Below the pieces are notes generated by a model, which saw nothing but the letters and a program-made list of their open reading frames with translations, ran no database searches and was not told the DNA's origin. Positions 57,081 through 64,000 of a DNA stretch of 64,000 nucleotides are shown here, in pieces. How positions within the stretch are numbered: position 1 is the first letter of the stretch; every line of letters begins with the position of its first letter. Position numbers and translations under genes: made by a program. The DNA is from an uncultured virus (IMG/VR IMGVR_UViG_2912375805_000003) (taxonomy: Duplodnaviria > Heunggongvirae > Uroviricota > Caudoviricetes), in the IMG/VR virus record IMGVR_UViG_2912375805_000003; one strand, 5' to 3'.

Positions 57081-60000
57081 TTAACGCCATGCCGAAGCAT
57101 TATCATTTTGAATTTTTGTAATGCTATCAATGATTTGTTGAGTTGTTTGCTTCATAGTAACCTCATCTGCGTTACCATCAATTGTGAAATTGAATTCGTA
57201 GTTATTCACAGGTTGAATCGTTTGTGCCCTAGATGAAACTGATGTGCTACTCAAGATACGATCACCAATTTCTTGCAAAACAGATCTTTTCAAAGGTAAA
57301 ACTGCTTCAGGTCCTGCTTCACCGACACCGTTCATTCCACCTAGTAAAGTTGGTTTAGTAAAGATACCTCCTTTAGCATGCCATTTTACACGCAAATGGG
57401 GGATTTGACCTTTTAGCGGGTTAAAGCTGCCTTCCATGATAAATTCCGGTAACGGAATATGTGGTATAGAAATATTCAAATTATCAAAAATGCCACTGAT
57501 TTTGTCTCTAATCCAATCAATTGGAGCGCTAACAGTCTTTTTGATGCCTTCCCATATGTTAGCAATTGTACTTTTAACATTATTGAATATGTCGGAAACA
57601 ATACCTGTTAGATTGGACCAACCGCTTGAAATTGCATTTTTTCCATCGTTTACTTTAGAGCTAATAGTGCTTGTAATTCCATTCCAAAGATTCAAAGCAG
57701 TATTTTTGATACCGTTCCAAATTCCGCTAATCCACGAAGATATACTATTCCAAACACTTTGAATGGCACTTTTAGCTGCGTTTATAGCATTGCTTATACT
57801 ACTAGTCACACTATTCCAGATATTTGATGCTGTAGAGCTGATTGAATTCCAAATTCCACCTAACCAACTAGATACAGTTGACCAAATATTTTGAATTACT
57901 GTAGCAGCTGCTTGTACCAAGCTAGTGATTGTATTCTTGATACTGTTCCAAATACTAGAAGCTGTTGCACTAATTGAATTCCAAATATTTGAAGCCGTAG
58001 TACTAATAGCTGTCCATATACCATTCCACCATGCCACTACTGGATCAAATATAGTATGGAATGTAGTTACAATCCCATTCCAAGCGATACTTATCCATTG
58101 TGTCATAGTATCCCAAGTATTTTTAAGGAAATCAGAAATAGGTGTCCAAACAGCTTGCCAAGCTGCGCCCAATCACTGTCCAGCTACATCAAAAATACCC
58201 ACGATAATATTAATACCAGCTTGAATCAATGACGTTATTAATGTCCATGGTATTTGAACAATTCCTACAATGTCTGCCCAAATAATCGACCATACTTCTT
58301 TGACTCCGTTCCAAATATTTGAAACCCAATCAACGAATGTTTGCCAAGTTTCTTGGACTCCTTGCCAGATGTTGGAAGCTCCTTCAACTAATCCGCTCCA
58401 TAGCTCTCCAAACCAATCAGAAACTCCTTGCCAAATATCTTGAACCCAATCTACAAATCCAGACCAGGTTTCTTTAACCCCATCCCAAACTGATGAGGCT
58501 CCGTCTTTTATACTTTCCCAAGTATCACCCAACCAATCAGTAAATTTTTTCCATAAACCACTAAACCAGTCAGTAATTGCACCCCAGTTCTTAATTGCCA
58601 CAATAACGCCTGCTATAACAGCTATAATTCCTCCAATTATAAGCATCATCGGACCAAATAAATATGACACGGCTAGTATTGCCGGTAACAGTATGCCAAA
58701 TGCTGCTGTAAGACCACCTATAGCAACAATGAAATCCTGTACTGGTTGTGGAAGATTATTAAACGCATCAGCCATCTTTCCTAGAAAATCAATTACTGGT
58801 TCGAGTGCATCTATGATTGTGTTGCCTATAGGAGCTAATGAATCCTTTAATTCAGCTATTTTCCCGTTCAACTCTTGCAACGGAGTAGTAGAATCTTCAT
58901 TCATTTTTTGTGCAGATCCACTAACATCATCAAATGTATGGTTAACATCAGTTAAAGATTGGACAACTTTCATCGCATTATCTTCGCCAAGCGCAGACCA
59001 AATTGTCGAAGCTTTATTTAATTGGTCGTATTGACCATCCATATTGCTAAAATCTTGAATCATGGAATTAATAACGTCTTTTTGTGTTCCTCCGCCATTT
59101 TTCCACTCTTCAAAAGCTTTTCTAGTACTTTCACTAAACATATCCATGTTTTGCTCAAATCGACCATCTGTTAACGATATTCCCATTTCCTTAACTAAGT
59201 CATTGACTTTATCAAGGTTATAAGCACCCGCATCTAAACCATTTTGAAGCATTCCGAACGTTTCATCAGCTGAATATCCCATTTGACTCCATAATTGGCT
59301 ATATTCTGCCATATTGTCGCCTAATTCGTGCGTTTTATCTAAACCGTTTTGAGTACCCGAAACCATTAAATCCATTGCATCTTGAGCACTCAAGCCGAAA
59401 TTGACCATTAAGCCATTTACACCACGTAACGTTTCATCCATATCAGCGCCCATGGTGTTTTCTAGGACCATAGCTTGTTCCGTGATATTTTGTAAATCTT
59501 GATTATTTAAATCTCCTAAATTACGCTTTACCAAAATCAATGCATCTGTGGACTGATCTAACGATTCTCCAAAACCTTTATAATAAATGTCTCTGGCTAC
59601 ATTCGTTAATTCTTCAGCCTCTTGTTTAGACAAACCAAAATTAGCTTGTATCTTACTCTGGGAACTACCTACACTGTTAGCAGAGTCCACTGCTTGTTTC
59701 CCTAATTCTGTAAGCTTATCGCCAATGTCGCTTAAAACGTCAGAAGCTTCCATTAAATTATTCATATCTATTTTGCTTCCGATATCGTCCAAGTTAGTTG
59801 TATCTACATTTTTAGCAGCTTGTCCTAACTCTTCAAATTCACGTTCAGCATCATTAAGCTTCGCTTCCATCTGCATTGCTTCTGTGGATGTAGCGCCAAA
59901 TTCAGACTGTGTAGCTTCTAACTGTCGTCTTAGGATATCTATCGTTTTCTCCGCATTTTCAGATTGTTGAGAAACATATTCTTGGGCTTTCGCTAATTTC

Positions 60001-60512
60001 TCGGCTTCAGAAGCTGATTGACCAGCAGTTGCTTGCCATTTTTTGTATTCGGATTCAATCAGAGAAGCACTAGCTTGAACATTTTTTTGTTCGCTATCCA
60101 ACTGTTGCATTGTAGACTCGTACGTCTGTATTTCGCCTTTTGCTTGAGCTAGTGCATTACTCGTTTTATCAATTTCGTTTGACAAACGTTGTTGCGCTGT
60201 TTGTTGATTAATCAGTTCTCTTTCAAGTTTCTTAACTTCGGTGGAATTTTCTCCATAATATTTTTTCGCATTGGCTAAACGTTGGCTAGTTACTTCAACT
60301 TTTTGACTTTGTAATTCATACTGCTTTTCTAAAGAAGATAATTTACTTCCTAACTTGTCTGATTCAGAACCAGTCTGTTGTAATTGAGCTTGTTCTAGTT
60401 TTAATTCTGCTCTATTTTTAGTTAATTCAGCACTGATTTCTTTTAACGTAGATTTCAATCCGTCATCGTTAGCTATGAAAGTTACTTCTGCTTCTGTTCT
60501 CTTTTTAGCCAT
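57081..60512 (-). pseudogene. Tape measure protein interrupted by one in-frame TGA (58173-58175)
   Basis: Two abutting ORFs in the same frame; Trp-periodic TMP repeats continue across the stop. Confidence 0.85.
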
Positions 60513-60528
60513 TTTTTACCTCCTTTCT

Positions 60529-61076
60529 TTAGTTTTTCTGGGATTGGTTTATTGCATAGTTTTTCCATCCTTCATAAGCACTCTTGTTGTAAGCCATTTG
60601 CAAAATGTCATCTAAACAGATATCGCTTAAAACCAAATCTGAAGGCATAGAAAAAACGTCGGTCAACATCGAATAGACATCGACCCACGTTTCAACTAAG
60701 AGCTTTGGAATTTTTACTTTTGAAGCTTTTTTTCCTTATTTGCTTTTTCAAATTCTTTTTGATAAGCATCGCGTGCTTGTTTGAACATCATCAATTGATA
60801 AATATAGCTGGCAGTAGCCATATCAAAATCCCATTTATCGATAAATTCATCGAATGAAATATAATCAGTCATGTTCGCTTGGCGGTAAGCAATATACACA
60901 GCCTTTGCACCTTGAATAACAGAAATATCCATGGATCCTTTTCCCACAGTCATTTTTGCAAACTCGTCTGTGTTAAAATCTCTATTGATCATCAATAATT
61001 TCTTGATATTCAGTTTAGGTTCTAAATTCAAAATTGTTCCATCGTTTAGTTCAATTTTTGAGTAATCTTCGTTCAT
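60529..61076 (-). CDS. Tail assembly chaperone gpG (60714-61076) and -1 frameshift product gpGT (to 60529)
   Basis: A AAA AAG near the gpG end; -1 frame KASKVKIPKLLVETWVDV... open to just before TMP. Confidence 0.8.
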
Positions 61077-61095
61077 TTCGCTACCTCCGTTTTTT

Positions 61096-61704
61096 TTACT
61101 GTGATTGAGTGGCCGTAGTTGTCACAACTGAAGTTTTTTTAATCACATCAGCAGATAGATTCGTCATCCATTGATCTGTTAAGTCTTCTTCAAGTTCTGC
61201 AACAATTGCTTCATGATAAAATTTACCAAATTCATCTTGCATAACTTTTGTTTCTAGTTCTAACGCAGCTACTTCATCCGCACCATTTTCAATAGAGAAT
61301 GTTAATCCTGTATTCGAAGTGCATGCTAACATACCAACTAACTTTCTATTTTCTTCGAAGTCATCCACGATCTCTGCAGCAAGTGAGAAATCTTCGCCTA
61401 CGGAATCAGGACCGTAAGAGTAAATGCCTGGTTTAATACGTCCATCTTGTTTCAACCCATTGAAACGTCGATAAACTTCCATCGGTACATGTGCAGTAAT
61501 TGTTACCGTCATATTGATTGGTTTAGATTTTGATTTTACTTCTGTCGCTCCACATTTTTTAACCACCGTTTGCATTTCTGTTTCGCCATCTAATTGTCCG
61601 TTACAATTCGTTGCGATTGCATTTCCTGCGTTCTTAAAATTAAAAGCAATTCGTTTGATACTTACGTTATCGAACGTTGTTACTACAGTTTTTGTTTTAG
61701 CCAT
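61096..61704 (-). CDS. Major tail protein
   Basis: 202 aa before the chaperone; Ser/Thr-rich C-terminus. Confidence 0.78.
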   Translation of the reverse strand: MAKTKTVVTTFDNVSIKRIAFNFKNAGNAIATNCNGQLDGETEMQTVVKKCGATEVKSKSKPINMTVTITAHVPMEVYRRFNGLKQDGRIKPGIYSYGPDSVGEDFSLAAEIVDDFEENRKLVGMLACTSNTGLTFSIENGADEVAALELETKVMQDEFGKFYHEAIVAELEEDLTDQWMTNLSADVIKKTSVVTTTATQSQ

Positions 61705-61715
61705 TGTTGTTCCCC

Positions 61716-62120
61716 CTATTTATTTAATTTATCGAATTGACGAATCAGAAGTTCTGTAATTGGATCAAGTGCAAGACCTAATCCTCTTCTCATAAATTCG
61801 TCCGGCTGATTTCTTTTAGAAGTACCTATCCCCAAATCAGGATATTTTAAATACTCAAATTTTCTTGTAGGTCTAATGATGAAACCCAAATTAATGTATT
61901 GAGTCTTAAGTGGACGACTATTTTTTGCGTGTTGGTGCCCTCTTCTTAAATCTGCTTCAGAAACAGGAATTTTTTCTGTAATCCTATCCACTGCAATAGC
62001 CGAACCTTTTGATTTCAATGCTTCGTTAATCAGTCGTTCGCTCTCGCTTGAATAGCGTTCCATCCGCACAAGAAGTTCATCATGTCCATTTATTTTTAGC
62101 TCCCAACTATTTTTAGCCAT
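61716..62120 (-). CDS. HK97 gp10-like joining protein
   Basis: YLKYPDLGIGTS...FMRRGL; synteny. Confidence 0.68.
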   Translation of the reverse strand: MAKNSWELKINGHDELLVRMERYSSESERLINEALKSKGSAIAVDRITEKIPVSEADLRRGHQHAKNSRPLKTQYINLGFIIRPTRKFEYLKYPDLGIGTSKRNQPDEFMRRGLGLALDPITELLIRQFDKLNK

Positions 62121-62514
62121 GACAATCACTCTTCAATAATCGTCTAAACGTAAATACCAATTGATCGATATAGCGATCTTGGTTCTCTAGTTTTAAATGA
62201 TTGGGATCCATTCTCTGAAAACGAATCGAACGATTTTGAATCAATGAAATAATATCTAGTGAGTCTCCTGTTAAATCTTCTCTATTTTCTGAATAGAAAG
62301 TTAGATATAGATTTTGACCCACGCTATATTTTGGCTCAGTGATCATTTCTATTTCTCCTGTTTCGAGAATGAAGTAATTAAAATCATCAGGTAGCTCATC
62401 CTCGCCTACGGAGTCTTGAAAGAGTTTGAGGCCAAAATGCTCTTCTAAGGAAGTTTTGATAGCAGAAATTTGCTTATTTAAACGTTCTTTTTCTTTAGAA
62501 TTATCAATCACCAT
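62113..62514 (-). CDS. Tail completion-like protein
   Basis: Synteny; start MVIDNS. Confidence 0.62.
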   Translation of the reverse strand: MVIDNSKEKERLNKQISAIKTSLEEHFGLKLFQDSVGEDELPDDFNYFILETGEIEMITEPKYSVGQNLYLTFYSENREDLTGDSLDIISLIQNRSIRFQRMDPNHLKLENQDRYIDQLVFTFRRLLKSDCHG

Positions 62515-62857
62515 ATTCACCCACACTTTCAAGATAAAAATAGATATAAAAATTATCGTAATCGGCATAGATAACGTTGTAACGCATACTATCGATTACG
62601 ATAAAATATTGATCTTTATTAAATTTCTTGGCGATTGGATGAAATGGAGTCTTTACTTTCTTAGTTAATTTCGATCCCATCGCATCCATAGCTGTTATAT
62701 CACTATCTCTCATGGAAAGATTTCTAAATTTTAAAGAAGTGATTTCTGTATCTTCTACACCAATCTTTTTTCCTAGTTCATTTCTTTTGGTAGTTTGCGT
62801 CAAAATCTTTAACCAACCATCGTTGAATGTTTCTTCGAGTCTACGATTATTCGCCAT
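62504..62857 (-). CDS. Head closure protein
   Basis: 117 aa; synteny after the connector. Confidence 0.68.
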   Translation of the reverse strand: MANNRRLEETFNDGWLKILTQTTKRNELGKKIGVEDTEITSLKFRNLSMRDSDITAMDAMGSKLTKKVKTPFHPIAKKFNKDQYFIVIDSMRYNVIYADYDNFYIYFYLESVGEYGD

Positions 62858-63158
62858 TCACATCACCTGCAATATATTCTTGTAGCGCATAATGTTGAAT
62901 GAAACCTAATAACTCACTAGCGAAATTTTGTTCAAACTCATCTAAAGCACGATTCCAGTCGTATCTACATCTTTCGATTAGCAATCCGTATTCTAAGCTT
63001 TCAGGAGAAAAAGAAAGTGTTGTACTCACTTTACTTTGAAGATAAACAGCATTTTTAGCTATCATCTTTTTAATTGACTCATCTTCTTCGTTCCAGGTAA
63101 CGTAAATATTATCCTTCACAGCTATTAGCAATTCTTCAGTCACTTGTTCAGGCGTCAT
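62847..63158 (-). CDS. Head-tail connector (gp6-like)
   Basis: LLIERCRYDWN...FEQNF motif. Confidence 0.72.
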   Translation of the reverse strand: MTPEQVTEELLIAVKDNIYVTWNEEDESIKKMIAKNAVYLQSKVSTTLSFSPESLEYGLLIERCRYDWNRALDEFEQNFASELLGFIQHYALQEYIAGDVNGE

Positions 63159-64000
63159 CTAACCACCGCCTTAATTGCTTTAACATATGCGTAAGAGCAT
63201 TTTTTCTTGTTTACAAATGATAAATCTTCATCAAAAGGCGTAGAAGTCACGTATCTCCCTTTGAAAAATAAATCTTCATCGTTTGTTGTTACTCCAGCAT
63301 TGTGTAAGATTTTTACTTCTTTAACTTTTTCTATTGGATCAGTAGCAAAACAAAAGTCTAATTCCTCGTGAACTTTAGGACCAATATTGAAATACATCAT
63401 GTTCCAAAGCTGTGCCCACATCTCGGCTGTCCAGATTTGTATATTTGTTTTTTGCCCTCTAAGGTAGCGATATAGCCGATTAGAATCCAGATAAACCTTT
63501 TTCCAATAATTCGCTTTAGGACGGTTAATAACCCACTGTGCGCCTCCTGAATTAGTGTTTATAGTTTCCAAAGATTCTACTGTAACATTTACAATGTTTG
63601 CCATATCTTTTAGAATATTTTCTCCGTTTTCACAGCTTCTAATATAATCAAGACTTAGATAACTACAGCAGTCGCTACAATACCAAACATCATCTTTAGA
63701 AGGCAATTTGCGCAAATTAATTCTTTTATTGAAAATGACATCCGAATCGATATAGAAATATCGGTCGTCCTCACGCGAATGATCTTCTTCTAAATATTTC
63801 CACCATAAATATGGTTTAATCGAAGGAATATACTCTTTGTCGTCCCGCAGATCATCGTACACATGAACTTCAACACCATATTCCTTCTCAAAAAAAATAG
63901 GAATCTGATCATCGTGTCTGCTGAAAAGCAATACGATATCTTTGATTCCTAGTTTCTTCAGATTAGTTAAACAAACTTCAAGCTCCCATTTAAACCGATT
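63155..64000 (-). CDS. GT-A fold glycosyltransferase (5' end outside the window)
   Basis: YFYIDSDVIF DxD motif; NSGGAQW; ILHNAG; frame open to base 64000. Confidence 0.75.
   Translation of the reverse strand, partial: NRFKWELEVCLTNLKKLGIKDIVLLFSRHDDQIPIFFEKEYGVEVHVYDDLRDDKEYIPSIKPYLWWKYLEEDHSREDDRYFYIDSDVIFNKRINLRKLPSKDDVWYCSDCCSYLSLDYIRSCENGENILKDMANIVNVTVESLETINTNSGGAQWVINRPKANYWKKVYLDSNRLYRYLRGQKTNIQIWTAEMWAQLWNMMYFNIGPKVHEELDFCFATDPIEKVKEVKILHNAGVTTNDEDLFFKGRYVTSTPFDEDLSFVNKKKCSYAYVKAIKAVVR

Larger units (their letters stand above)
48558..64000 (-). mobile_element. Prophage 2 (accessory end, lysis, tail and head-tail modules; continues beyond the window)
   Basis: Lysin, holins, BppU, Tal, Dit, TMP, major tail and connector genes in order. 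Confidence 0.9.

Overview
Low-GC Firmicute chromosome, most likely Enterococcus and E. faecium-like (inferred from PepS, RplS and the phage gene set). The window is almost all prophage and is stitched at N breaks: 4315, 5272, 10860, 12922, 13889-13988, 14879, 42826, 48557 and 49442-49456. From the left: host pepS and an integrase remnant; then a composite siphovirus-type prophage (~1.8-47.8 kb, mostly minus strand) with an accessory end (LexA-boxed gene, three-gene HEPN cassette, IS3 fragment), lysis, tail, head, packaging, late-control, replication and lysogeny modules and an integrase; then host rplS and part of trmD; then a second prophage (~48.6-64 kb) with a tRNA(CAU)/hairpin cassette, lysis and tail genes, a nonsense-interrupted tape measure gene and a glycosyltransferase in the head module. 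The strongest novel signal is that the major capsid and major tail genes both end in the identical 15-mer CAGCGGGGGAGTAAC. In each gene the -1 frame adds a homologous 21-aa peptide resembling FN3 strands A-B, while the gene after the tail gene encodes an FN3-like domain lacking those strands plus an Ig domain. This is a candidate frameshift-controlled split-domain virion decoration system. Other candidates are a DUF6941-like/membrane/HEPN defence cassette, a putAbiC-like gene between terminase and portal, a non-canonical tRNA-like RNA with a downstream structured RNA, and possible virion glycosylation. Most duplications between 4 and 15 kb look like assembly products. Family assignments are from motif recognition, not database searches.
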